Origin: a virus
Length of the DNA stretch: 64,000 nt
Strand: one strand, 5' to 3'
Virus record (IMG/VR): IMGVR_UViG_3300018080_000002
Location: 1 to 64,000 of that record
In this document: one piece after another, positions 33,614 through 43,737 of the stretch
Numbering within the stretch: position 1 is the stretch's first letter
Layout of the letters: every line of letters begins with the position of its first letter
The notes under the pieces: model-generated
Told to the model about the DNA's origin: nothing
What the model saw: the letters and a program-made list of their open reading frames with translations, nothing else
The model's database searches: none
Position numbers and translations under genes: made by a program

Positions 33614-34783
33614 ATGGATTTGGAAGAGGCTAGAATTGTTTTAGAGCGGTTAGGATCTGTAAAATTTAAGTCAACGAATAGGGGGTTTCTGACTAATTGT
33701 CCTTTGAAAGACAGGCATAAAAATGGGGATAAAAACCCCAGTATGAATGTGTTTAGCGGAGATCCTACTATTTGTTATTGCTTTTCCTGTAAATTTAAGG
33801 GGAAGCTATTTTTTTTAGCAAAGGATGCTGGAGCCTCTAGCGATTTATTGGATTACATAGACGGTGCAGAGGGTCTTGATCTTATCAAGAGAGCTGGTCA
33901 TTTGCCAGATTATGAGACTGTTCCTTATGCCGCGACTATGTTATCTGATAAGGAGCGAAAAGCGCAAAATAGACTAAGGGATATACAGCGGAGGGGAGGG
34001 TGGTATTATTATGCCAAGGAAGAAAAATCAGCATATTTATCCAATATCCAAGAAAATGAGCTGTCGGGATGGCTCTCTAACCCCTATCCTGCCTATCTTA
34101 CTGAGCGTGGAATCACACAAGCTACGACCGAAAAATGGGGGATTGGTTACGATGATATTGGTTTGGTTGGGCTTAGAGAAAAAGAAACTGAGGATGGATC
34201 TAGGACCAAGTATTTTCTCTCGATTGGCGAAAGGGTTGTCTTTAGCATCCGAGACCAGTCCGGTAAAACGGTTGGATGGAGTAAAAGAACCATCCATGAT
34301 GAGAAAAGAGTGCAAGTCATCAGAAAATGGAAAGATGACATAGATTTGGTTATTATCAGGGGTGGTAATTGTAAATATTATCATATGCCTGGATTTGATA
34401 AGAAAAAGTACCTGTATGGTATGGATTTGATCGATTTAGAGCGGAGTCGGACGTGTATCGCAATGGAGGGTTTTACTGACGTCTTGAACTTATGGCAACA
34501 TGGATTGCCTAATGTATTGGGGTGTATGGGTGGAGATTTCAGCGATTGGCAGTTAAGCTTTATGGTGCGTAATTTTGATCGGGTTGTCTTTTTCCCCGAT
34601 GGTGATCAGGCGGGGTTGACGACTGTTGAGACTGCTTTTCAAAAAATATCTGGTCATGTTGATGTAAAAATTGCAGGATGGATTGATAAGAAAGACCCTG
34701 ATAGTTATGATGCGAAAACTGTCTATGAATTATTGGCTAAAACTCACAAGAAAAGCGTAAGGAGTCGTAATGTCGAAAAATGA
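33614..34783 (+). CDS. dnaG: DNA primase (zinc finger + TOPRIM)
   Basis: CP..H..D..PS..CFSC zinc finger, YLTERGI, MEGFTD, FPDGDQAG, KDPD. Confidence 0.85.
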   Translation: MDLEEARIVLERLGSVKFKSTNRGFLTNCPLKDRHKNGDKNPSMNVFSGDPTICYCFSCKFKGKLFFLAKDAGASSDLLDYIDGAEGLDLIKRAGHLPDYETVPYAATMLSDKERKAQNRLRDIQRRGGWYYYAKEEKSAYLSNIQENELSGWLSNPYPAYLTERGITQATTEKWGIGYDDIGLVGLREKETEDGSRTKYFLSIGERVVFSIRDQSGKTVGWSKRTIHDEKRVQVIRKWKDDIDLVIIRGGNCKYYHMPGFDKKKYLYGMDLIDLERSRTCIAMEGFTDVLNLWQHGLPNVLGCMGGDFSDWQLSFMVRNFDRVVFFPDGDQAGLTTVETAFQKISGHVDVKIAGWIDKKDPDSYDAKTVYELLAKTHKKSVRSRNVEK

Positions 34784-35426
34784 TGAAGTTAAGAACTTGA
34801 AAGCACAACAATTGCTGTTAGGCAAAGAGATTGATGAGTTAAAGAGGCAATACAATAGATTTGTTCAAACCATCAATAATTCTAATGAGTTAAATACTCT
34901 AAAAAAAGAACTGGGATCTGTGAAAAATGCTATGTTTGAGATAACTGAGTCGATTGATTCGATCGATCAAGTTCTGATAGACAAGGGCATTTATTCTTCG
35001 CAGGAGGTTAAGGACAAGCTGATTCAGTCCTTTTTAGACCGCAGAAATTACACGAAGGACGTTAAAAAGGAGGCGTTGGAAAGTGGTGATTTGACATTCA
35101 TCAAATTTGTTTGTGTTGATGAGAATAAACAGGTGGTGTTTGCAGAGCCTCATCCGGTCAAATATCAAATCGGTATAGGTGCGTTGCCGTTCGAGAGTAA
35201 GATTGTTTCTTGTAAGCCTGGAGCAACCGAGGAATTTGAAGTAGATTTTCCAGACAATTTCTTTAATAAAAATGCGGCAGGAAAGAAATTGAATGTTGTC
35301 TTAACTTGCCAGTTGTGGGCTACTCCTGATCCTAGCAAAAAAAAGACACCACAGAAAAACCCGCCAGCGATTTCGCCTCATGACAAACCTAAGACGATGA
35401 ACGATGATGGGGAGCTTGAGACATGA
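34770..35426 (+). CDS. Coiled coil fused to a trigger-factor-type FKBP domain
   Basis: GDLTFIKF..IGIGALPFESKIVSCKPGATEEFEVDFPDNFFNKNAAGK resembles the trigger factor PPIase domain. Confidence 0.65.
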   Translation: MSKNDEVKNLKAQQLLLGKEIDELKRQYNRFVQTINNSNELNTLKKELGSVKNAMFEITESIDSIDQVLIDKGIYSSQEVKDKLIQSFLDRRNYTKDVKKEALESGDLTFIKFVCVDENKQVVFAEPHPVKYQIGIGALPFESKIVSCKPGATEEFEVDFPDNFFNKNAAGKKLNVVLTCQLWATPDPSKKKTPQKNPPAISPHDKPKTMNDDGELET

Positions 35427-35790
35427 GTGATGTAGATGTTGGTAACATAATCTCAAAAATTAAAAAAAAACCTACTCGCAAAAAAAGAGCGCAAAAACAG
35501 AAAAAAGAATCGGCAAAACCGATAGTGGTTGAAGTTGAAAAGCAGGAGCCTGTTGCAGATATGTCCTTAGATCAGGATTTATCATATCTGGATAATCTGT
35601 CACCAGAGATGGTCAAATCTCTGAGGTTACAGGCTGGTTTACCTGAATTGAAGGTATTCAGTGTGTATCCGTATTGCATGAAACATGGGTTTATCAATCC
35701 GACAGATCCAAATGCAGCGAGGAGATTTTGCTCTATTTGCGGTTGTAAGATGATAGATAAAAAGTATCTCGGAGAGCTATAAAAAGTATG

Positions 35791-35989
35791 CGAATGCGTT
35801 GGGTAGTGTAAATCGGCAAGAGGCAGTCTCGATTTATAGAGAAAATGTGCTTGTCGGGGTAGCGGGTGCCAGGTTCCAGTACTGTCTAGGGTCTTGGCGG
35901 TGGCCATGTAAACACTGTCCAGTGAAGGGTTAAGGCAGACAGCCCGAAAAGGATCATTGGGGATGTACCAGCTCCCCCCCAACGCATCG
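35791..35989 (+). ncRNA. Candidate structured ncRNA, family unknown
   Basis: GC-rich intergenic segment closed by ATGCGTTGGG/CCCAACGCAT, with several internal stems and a 3' T-run. Confidence 0.5.
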
Positions 35990-37100
35990 TTTTTGTTTTG
36001 GAGTATGCGTTATGCCAAATGAGATTCCTGATAATTACGAGCATATCGATCGTATCGAGATTCATATGGTTACAGGGGAAAAGTTGGTTTTGAGCGGTGA
36101 TGATGCTTATGCGTGGGCTGAGGCAGTTGACTGGGCTATACGAAGATTCCATGTTGAGCAATATGCTAGGTATGACAAGATAAAACGTGATTTCATATGG
36201 CGAAAGGAGTAGATCGTGGAAATGAATAAAGAGCTGCTTGAGGCGGTTAATAAGTATTTGCAACCTAAACAGTATTTCAGAGCTGAGACAGTCAAAGGCA
36301 AAAAGACGATTATTACGATCATGGGGTTTGATAATCCAAGACAGCCGAGATGGGTTTATTTCGCTCATGCTGGAAGGGATAAGAGGACTGATAGAGCCAA
36401 GGTCACGAAACACACCGTTGGAGAAACTATCAGAGCGATAGAGGCTGGAGATATAGAGCCAGTCGCAAGAGAGACGATAGATCCGCATGATATGGGGATG
36501 CTGGCTATTGGCCTTACAGCTCTAGCAAAGGGTATGGGTGTTCATGAGTATTTGGACAGACGAACAGATGGAAGTTTGCCTCCAGAGGGGATGAAATGAA
36601 TATATTTGAAAAACCGAACAAAGGCGGTGGTTGGGAATGCCCTATATGTAAGACGAATAAGGATGGTCAAGTTATTTTAGCTGGGATCGTTGGAACTGAG
36701 GATGGAAACAACATGCAGGCTGAACAGATCCATGTCGATTGCCTTGAGCTGTATATTCACAAAGACCAGCATTGGATAGGGATGAAATATGACTAAGGAT
36801 GAAGCTAAAGAAATTTTAGAGGACGTTTTAGATACTTTGGTTGAAGTGGGTAATGGGACAACGGATGAGATGCTTCACGATGCTGCGAATAAGTTGTTTA
36901 GGTTTCGGGATGAATATTTCAACGAGGTTAATAGGAGGAATGAAAATGCAAGTAAGAAAGTATTGTCCGAAGTGTAAGAAAGACTATTACATTGAGCTGT
37001 CTCCAGTAATGAAATGCCCTAAGTGCGGCATGACGTTGAATGAATTGAATGAAATTATAGGTAATAAGGAGCAGCAAGACAAAGAATTGCAGGAAAACAA

Positions 37101-39620
37101 ATGAAAGAAAAAAAGACGTTATATTACCTAGTTAAGCAACTTGATGCTTGCTTTAGCTATCGGATTTTATGGCCGAGCAAATACCTCCAGAGGAATCACA
37201 ACTGGGAGTGTTACTACGACAAGATTGATGATTTGTTCTACATGAATCAGGATGGATCGTATAACTACGACAAGATCAAGCCTGGTCGGTTAGAGATCTT
37301 AGAGCAATGTGATTTAGTAGTTCTCCAGAGGGGTACGGATGCAGGACATTTGCAGTTGCTTCGGTTTATCCGAGATCAGTTCAAAAAGCCGATCATATAC
37401 GAATGTTTTACATATGATAATGAGGTGATGACTGAGTTTGGTCTCATGAGGATTGGAGATATAGTTGAAGAGGGATGGGATGTTAAAGTTTATAGCGATG
37501 ACGGTAAGTTGTATCCCATAGATAAGCATTTTTCAAGAGAGTTTGATGGATGGGTTTATCGAATAAAGACTTGGTATTTGTTTGATGAGATAGAGTGTAC
37601 GGATTCTCATAAGTTGATTGCTCATAAAGGCGGTTTTAACGATGAGATATTTGAAGAGATTGAAGTAAAGCATTTAAGAAAAGGTGATTTTTTAAAGATC
37701 CCATTTTTGAAGATCAATTGTGAAGTCCCGATGTCTTTTGATTTAGCGGATTATATTCCTGATGGATGGAATGTTGAAGATGATTTTGTTTATAAAGTGA
37801 GTAATTGTAAGACATTAAGATATATTGATTTTGATTACGATCTTAGTAGGCTGTTCGGTTATTTTTTATCTGAGGGATGCGTCAATAATAGTAATAGGTC
37901 GGTTACGTTTTCTTTCCATATAGATGAAAGAATATATATTGATGATGTTTTGTCTATTGTTAAGTCTAAGTTTGGTCATGATGCTAGTGTTTATTCCGAT
38001 TATCATGAAAGTTCTGTTAGGATTCAGATTAACTCTAAGATAGTAGGTTTATTTTTTAATGATATTTTTGGGGAGAATGTAAGAGCACCTACAAAGAAAG
38101 TGCCTAATTTTTATTTTTCTAGTATTGATCTGCGGTATGTTAAAGAAATGTTATTAGGTTTGTTTCGAGGAGATGGTAGTAACGTTAAAAATATCGGTTT
38201 TCGTCGTGGGGCTAGGTTAACAACATCGTCTAAGACTATGTTGTATCAGGTTCATAATTTGCTTTTAAGATTTGGGATCATTGCCAGTGTTTATAAGTTG
38301 TGGAGATCAGGGAAAGAACATGAAATCCGAGGAAGAACAGTTAATTCAGGTGATGGCTATGAGCTTAAGGTTAATGTAGTTGATGACATAGAAAGTATTG
38401 ATTTTAAAGAAAGATGCGAGTTAAAGACTAAGAATTTGAATCTAAAGGGTAAGGTGGATTTAGAGAATGAGTTTGCTTGGGTAGAGATCCAGAATATTTC
38501 AAGGGAAAAGAAGAAAGTCAAAGTTTTTAATATCTGTGTTAATCCCAGACATACTTATAATGTAAGAACTATCGCCAGTGCAAATAGCGACGACGACTAT
38601 ATTAACGTGCCGGAATGGAACACTGGCTATAGGTATTTTGCGCCAAGAAAAGCAGAGATAGTTCAGATGATTTCTGAGGTTGATGCTGTTACAGTCACAG
38701 TTCCGAGTCTTCGAGATTTGTATAGTAAGTACAATCCAAGAATTAAGATTCTGAAGAATTGTCTGGATTTCGAGAAAATAGATAAATCTCCTGCATTGGT
38801 GAATGACAGCAAGATGCTTAGAGCATCGATGTATAGATGTCCTAGAGATTATCTTGAGGAGTCCTTGAGAGATATTGTTTTAAAGCAGGTCGAGGCAGTC
38901 ATTAATAAAGAGGGTAAGCCTCTCAGCCAGGAGAACATCGATGCTGTTATGAATGGTCCCGTTCAGTTTAACGTGCCTGTGAATTTTGATTGGTATCGAG
39001 CGATACGTGATGACGAGAAAAAATTGTTGCTTGGTTGGGGTGGTTCTCCTACTCATATTCTCGATATTGAGGTGATGAGAGATCCTGTGATGAAAGTAAT
39101 GTCCAAGTATCGGTTTTTACACTTGGTATTTGTTGGATATTTGCATATGATGTCCTTATTGCGAAATTCTCCATATGGCGCGAATGTTCGTAAATGGCTT
39201 ATAGGGATGGATCTGAAGAGATTTTGGATATTCCATTTAGTAGGCGTTAAACACTACTATTCCCTATATAAAGCACTAGAATTTGATATTGGTCTGGCTC
39301 CTGTTTCTCCGGTCCAGTTTAACGCTTCCAAGAGCAATCTTAAGGTGATTGAGTACATGGCATTGGGCATGTATCCGATGGCTAGTGATTTCACCACTTA
39401 TCACGGCGTTATGGTTCCTGAAGGAAAAGAGAATGAGGATGTTGGAGTAGGGAGATTATGTAAGACCCAGGATGATTGGGAGCATAATCTTTATGATGTT
39501 CTGAATGATCACGATATGAGAGCTGAGTCGGTTTACCATAATGACCTGTTTGTAAGAAAGCACTACGACATTGATTTCGAGTCGGAACATTGGGATAAAT
39601 TTTATCGCAGCTTGCTGTGA
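37101..39620 (+). CDS. Glycosyltransferase (GT-B-like) interrupted by an intein
   Basis: Exteins read YRI.WP..LVVLQR..IIYE|SDDD, LGWGGSPTH..D, DIGLAP..FNASKSNLKVIEY. Confidence 0.75.
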   Translation: MKEKKTLYYLVKQLDACFSYRILWPSKYLQRNHNWECYYDKIDDLFYMNQDGSYNYDKIKPGRLEILEQCDLVVLQRGTDAGHLQLLRFIRDQFKKPIIYECFTYDNEVMTEFGLMRIGDIVEEGWDVKVYSDDGKLYPIDKHFSREFDGWVYRIKTWYLFDEIECTDSHKLIAHKGGFNDEIFEEIEVKHLRKGDFLKIPFLKINCEVPMSFDLADYIPDGWNVEDDFVYKVSNCKTLRYIDFDYDLSRLFGYFLSEGCVNNSNRSVTFSFHIDERIYIDDVLSIVKSKFGHDASVYSDYHESSVRIQINSKIVGLFFNDIFGENVRAPTKKVPNFYFSSIDLRYVKEMLLGLFRGDGSNVKNIGFRRGARLTTSSKTMLYQVHNLLLRFGIIASVYKLWRSGKEHEIRGRTVNSGDGYELKVNVVDDIESIDFKERCELKTKNLNLKGKVDLENEFAWVEIQNISREKKKVKVFNICVNPRHTYNVRTIASANSDDDYINVPEWNTGYRYFAPRKAEIVQMISEVDAVTVTVPSLRDLYSKYNPRIKILKNCLDFEKIDKSPALVNDSKMLRASMYRCPRDYLEESLRDIVLKQVEAVINKEGKPLSQENIDAVMNGPVQFNVPVNFDWYRAIRDDEKKLLLGWGGSPTHILDIEVMRDPVMKVMSKYRFLHLVFVGYLHMMSLLRNSPYGANVRKWLIGMDLKRFWIFHLVGVKHYYSLYKALEFDIGLAPVSPVQFNASKSNLKVIEYMALGMYPMASDFTTYHGVMVPEGKENEDVGVGRLCKTQDDWEHNLYDVLNDHDMRAESVYHNDLFVRKHYDIDFESEHWDKFYRSLL
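37404..38585 (+). mobile_element. Intein with LAGLIDADG homing endonuclease (394 aa)
   Basis: Block A CFTYDNEV, block B CTDSHKL, LAGLIDADG helices LFGYFLSEG and LLGLFRGDG, blocks F/G VFNICV..HTYNVRTIASAN, +1 Ser. Confidence 0.85.
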
Positions 39621-40159
39621 GGGATTCGTATGTCTTATGCGTTTTATGATGATGTTTATTCGCCTGTATTGGAGGGAAGGGCTGATCGCATTGTGGTTAT
39701 TGCTGGGGGTCATGAGGAGTTGGGGGATCTTTCCATACTAGCAAAATTGATGGGGATTGAAGAATGTGTTGATCGGCTTGTCTTTGAGTTCCCTTATGGT
39801 TATTTAGACGACCTAGAACTGATTTCAGTGTTTCCTAATTATACTCCTGATTCTAATCATCCAGTTATAAGGAGGAGAATATATAAAACTGATATTTTGG
39901 CGTTCTTCGCAGGCTTTGTTCATGAAGGAGATCGCATCGGTGAGAATGAAAATTACTGTTTAGGAAGCCGTAATTTATCTTGTGATACGTTTGGGCAATT
40001 GAAGGAATTGCAGAAACGAGATTTCTTTGAAAGAGGATACCAGCTCAAAAATACGATAAAGGATTTTATAGATCGGTTTGGGTTTGATAGATTGAATAGC
40101 ACAAGTCCAGAATATTTTTTAAAAATTTTCATGCCAAAGTTATCGATTGGAGAAATCGG

Positions 40160-40732
40160 ATGCCATTTGAGTTTAAAGAAACAGATATTGAAGGAGTCAT
40201 AGAGGTTTCCCCACAGATTTTTCCTGATAGTAGGGGAAAGTTTTTAGAATTTTTTAGGTGGGATCTCTTTAGTCAGGACGGGATTCATTCAGTATATAGC
40301 CAGGTTAATGTCTCAGTGTCTAAAAAGAACGTTATTAGAGGCTTGCATTACCAGGATGGATTGAAACCCCAGGCTAAATTGGTTGGAGTTATAGCGGGTA
40401 AGGCTACCGATGTGGTTGTCGATTTAAGAGCAGATTCCAATACCTATTTGCAATATAGGAAGTTCGATTTAGATGCCAAAGCTCACAAGCTGATCTTAAT
40501 TCCGGTTGGGTGTGCTCATGGTTTTGCTTCATTACAGGACAATACAGTGCTAATGTATATGTGTAGCAATGAGTATGACATATTGTGCGATAGTGGAATC
40601 AGGTATAATGATCCAGATCTCAATATAGATTGGGGTATAGAATCGCCTGTCGTGTCGTCAAAGGATAATCGATTACAATCTTTAAAAAGGTTTTTGGAAT
40701 GTGGTGGATTACAGGTGCGAACGGTCTGTTAG
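40160..40732 (+). CDS. rmlC: dTDP-4-dehydrorhamnose 3,5-epimerase
   Basis: DSRGKF, IRGLHYQ, DVVVDLR, GCAHGF, YNDPDLNIDW. Confidence 0.9.
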   Translation: MPFEFKETDIEGVIEVSPQIFPDSRGKFLEFFRWDLFSQDGIHSVYSQVNVSVSKKNVIRGLHYQDGLKPQAKLVGVIAGKATDVVVDLRADSNTYLQYRKFDLDAKAHKLILIPVGCAHGFASLQDNTVLMYMCSNEYDILCDSGIRYNDPDLNIDWGIESPVVSSKDNRLQSLKRFLECGGLQVRTVC

Positions 40733-41583
40733 GCAAGGAAATATCGGCTTTTTTCGGTGAGAATAATGTAGAATGTTATCTCACTGATTTTAATGTGGAT
40801 ATCACGAAAGAGAGATCTATTCTCAATTTCTTGAAGGATAGAAAAATTACTGGAATTATTAATTGTGCTGCTTATACGAATGTTGAGGAGTGTGAGGAGT
40901 GTCCGATTGATCATGTTAATGTTAATATGATCGGTGCATATAATTTGGCTTTAGTAGCCAAGAAATTCGATGTTCCTATTATTCATTTTTCGACTGATTA
41001 TGTATTTAGTGGCACCTCCAAACGTCCATACCAAGAGTCTGATATTACGGGTCCAATTAACAAGTACGGTCTGAGTAAACTGTATTCCGAGAATTACATC
41101 ATGACTAATTCTGATAAATATTTTATTTTTCGGATTTCCTGGCTATATGGCCGTTTTGGTAGTAGTTTTGTTAATAAGGTCATGGACAAGATTATGGCAT
41201 TTGAGGATCTTAAGATTGTTGATGATCAAGTCGGAAGTTTGACTAATGCGTTTGATGTTGCCAAGTTGGTTTATGCTTTAGCAGTTCAGCCTGTGGATAA
41301 ATATGGGGTGTATCATTTTACTGGCTATGGTGCTGCTAGTTGGTTTGATATAGCCAAATTCATCGGTAGGTGCATGTTTAGTATGGGTATTGTATCCAGA
41401 GAGCCAAAAGTGGAGCCTATCAGCTCATGGGCTGCGAATTTAAAGGCAAAAAGACCAGTTTATTCCTACTTGGATAAGTCAAAAATTGAAAATGAATTGG
41501 GAATTGCTTCAGCAGATTGGAAGGATTCCTTGGTCGGTTACATAATAAATAGGTACGAGCATGTCTATCGTAGTGATTGGTGA
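40699..41583 (+). CDS. rmlD: dTDP-4-dehydrorhamnose reductase
   Basis: ITGANGLLG, INCAAYTNV, STDYVF, YGLSK, VDDQVG, RPVYS. Confidence 0.9.
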   Translation: MWWITGANGLLGKEISAFFGENNVECYLTDFNVDITKERSILNFLKDRKITGIINCAAYTNVEECEECPIDHVNVNMIGAYNLALVAKKFDVPIIHFSTDYVFSGTSKRPYQESDITGPINKYGLSKLYSENYIMTNSDKYFIFRISWLYGRFGSSFVNKVMDKIMAFEDLKIVDDQVGSLTNAFDVAKLVYALAVQPVDKYGVYHFTGYGAASWFDIAKFIGRCMFSMGIVSREPKVEPISSWAANLKAKRPVYSYLDKSKIENELGIASADWKDSLVGYIINRYEHVYRSDW

Positions 41584-42550
41584 TTTGATTTTAGACGATT
41601 ATCGTTTTGTTGATGTCAGTAGAGTGAGTCCTGAAGCTCCATGTTTGATTGGTCTGGATAAATCTCAGGATTTGAGGCTTGGTGGTGCGGCCAACGTTGC
41701 CTGTAATATAAGACAATTGACTAACAATTTGCTGTTGGTTGGCCAGTGTGAGGAGAATGAGTATCGTCCGCTTTTGGATAAATACGATGTGGATTGTAAG
41801 ATTCTCGATGGCAAACACTCCATTAAGATGCGTTTTATTGATGAGAGAACGAACGTCCAGCTTTTTAGGTATGACATAGAAAAAGTGATTCCTCAGAACA
41901 GTCGGGATAATTTTACAAATTATGTTGATTTTGTTGATAAGATAGATTTTAAAAGCTTCAATATATGCGTAATAGTCGATTATAAAAAGGGCATGATAAG
42001 AACATGCGATATTAAAAGGCTATCTGGCAGTAAGATCAATATTGTCAGCACTAAGAATGAACGACCTCATCTGGTTTTACCAAGACCGAGACATTGGAAA
42101 CGCTTAAAAAATGCTCCTGTTAATATACTGATCTTTAATAATAAAGAATATAATGCAGCTAAGGAGATTTGGGGTTATAATTATATTATACGTACTGAGG
42201 GTGATCGTGGAATGACGATCTTTAAGGTGATTGAAGATCCTGAAGAGATAGATCACCGTGAAGATGTTCTGGCGAAAATAGATGCGATCAAGGTTGATAT
42301 TTTTGACGTTACTGGTGCTGGCGATACTGTGACAGCAGTAGTAGCATTCTGTTTGGATAAGTACGGATTCAGTGAAGAAAATTTGGTTAAGGCGTGTAGA
42401 TGCGCTAATTATGCAGCGTCTAAGGTGGTAACGATTTCAGGAACGGCGGTCGTTCAGGATAGTGTCGATGAAATCTCTGTGATGTTTGAGGGTGTGAATG
42501 AAGATAAACGTAAAGAGATCAAAGACGATTCGGAAAAATTGGGGAAGTGA
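41561..42550 (+). CDS. PfkB-family kinase, HldE/RfaE heptose-kinase-like
   Basis: IGDLILDDY..RVSPEAP, LGGAANVA, DYKKG, DVTGAGDT. Confidence 0.8.
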   Translation: MSIVVIGDLILDDYRFVDVSRVSPEAPCLIGLDKSQDLRLGGAANVACNIRQLTNNLLLVGQCEENEYRPLLDKYDVDCKILDGKHSIKMRFIDERTNVQLFRYDIEKVIPQNSRDNFTNYVDFVDKIDFKSFNICVIVDYKKGMIRTCDIKRLSGSKINIVSTKNERPHLVLPRPRHWKRLKNAPVNILIFNNKEYNAAKEIWGYNYIIRTEGDRGMTIFKVIEDPEEIDHREDVLAKIDAIKVDIFDVTGAGDTVTAVVAFCLDKYGFSEENLVKACRCANYAASKVVTISGTAVVQDSVDEISVMFEGVNEDKRKEIKDDSEKLGK

Positions 42551-42884
42551 GGAAATCATCTGCAATAGTGAAAAATATTGCGGAAAAATTATGGTTTTGT
42601 TGAAAGATAAGTATTGTTCTCTTCATTATCATAAGCTTAAGGAAGAGGATTTTTATGTAATGGTCGGTCGTATTAAGCTTGAGATGCAGCAGAGTGACCC
42701 AGATGGTCAGCCTGTGGGTGAGAAAGCTGAAACGATTTTAGAGGTAGGCGATTCTGTAAACGTCAAGCCTGGAATGTTGCATAGATTTACTGGCTTAGAA
42801 CCAGAGAATTTATTTGTAGAATTTTCATCTCAAGATTTTGCCGAAGATAGTTACCGCATAGAGCCTAGCTGTCCTGCCGAATAA
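42498..42884 (+). CDS. Cupin sugar-isomerase-like protein
   Basis: WGSEEII..YCGK..CSLHYHKLKEE..HRF..DSYR. Confidence 0.7.
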   Translation: MKINVKRSKTIRKNWGSEEIICNSEKYCGKIMVLLKDKYCSLHYHKLKEEDFYVMVGRIKLEMQQSDPDGQPVGEKAETILEVGDSVNVKPGMLHRFTGLEPENLFVEFSSQDFAEDSYRIEPSCPAE

Positions 42885-42937
42885 TACGTCATTGTGATAC
42901 ATTATAAATAGAGATAACAACCATACAGGAGGGTATC

Positions 42938-43558
42938 ATGTATCTAATTACAGGTATTCCGAGGAGTGGTACGTCTTTTTTACAAAGATGTTTTGATTTG
43001 TATGGTCATTCGATGAGTCCAAAATGTTATTCTGATTTTGTGCCTAGAGATCCGTTAACGTTGGCTGAACCTGTGGCTGTTGCAAGGGGAATCAGTAATG
43101 GTTGTAATCGACATGAGCTGATTGGTATTTTTGATTCAATTAAATCAAGGGCGAAGGGGTTTAGCGATGGTATTCCTGTAATGAAAACACCGCAAATGGT
43201 GTTTAGAAAACCAGAAATTGAGTATTTTGATTTTGTTATTGTATGTCTTCGTTCCATAGATGAAGGCTGGCTAGATTCAGCTAGATTTCAGAATATGCCG
43301 ATGTGGATATACAATATGAGTAATGTTGCATTTCTACGACCGTATGCGAATAGAATTAATAGATCGAATGATAAGTTGAGAGAGCTTGGTTTGATCTGGA
43401 GGCAGTGTTCTCAGGAGGTCATTAAATCTCTCGATAACAGTAAAGTTTTCATTTTTGATTTTGATAATGCCAAGGAGTCTTTTGGCAAGTTAGCCGATAG
43501 ATTCTCGATAGGGGAAGAGGTTTTTGATTCCGTCTGGCATAGGAGGAGAAAAAAATGA
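42938..43558 (+). CDS. Sulfotransferase-like protein
   Basis: N-terminal PAPS-binding loop ITGIPRSGTS and KTP; located next to cysC. Confidence 0.6.
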   Translation: MYLITGIPRSGTSFLQRCFDLYGHSMSPKCYSDFVPRDPLTLAEPVAVARGISNGCNRHELIGIFDSIKSRAKGFSDGIPVMKTPQMVFRKPEIEYFDFVIVCLRSIDEGWLDSARFQNMPMWIYNMSNVAFLRPYANRINRSNDKLRELGLIWRQCSQEVIKSLDNSKVFIFDFDNAKESFGKLADRFSIGEEVFDSVWHRRRKK

Positions 43559-43737
43559 AGATAGCATTAAAGACTCTGTCTTGGCGTCTTTGTGCTACCG
43601 CTATTACTGCTATCGTAACTTGGTTTGTCACAGGTAGCGTTGACATCGCTGCTAAAGTTATGTCGGTAGAATTTATTGTTAAAATGTTTGCTTATTATGG
43701 ACATGAACATATATGGAGGAGGATAGGTAATGTCTAA
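43555..43737 (+). CDS. DUF2061-like small membrane protein
   Basis: LKTLSWR..YYGHEHIW. Confidence 0.75.
   Translation: MKIALKTLSWRLCATAITAIVTWFVTGSVDIAAKVMSVEFIVKMFAYYGHEHIWRRIGNV

Noticed and set aside
35791-35989. RNase P, SRP, 6S or tmRNA identity for the structured RNA, and minus-strand ORF 35572-35982
   Set aside because: The diagnostic motifs (GAGGAAAGTCC, the SRP GGAA-loop helix, a T-loop TTCRA) are absent. The ORF is antisense to + strand features.
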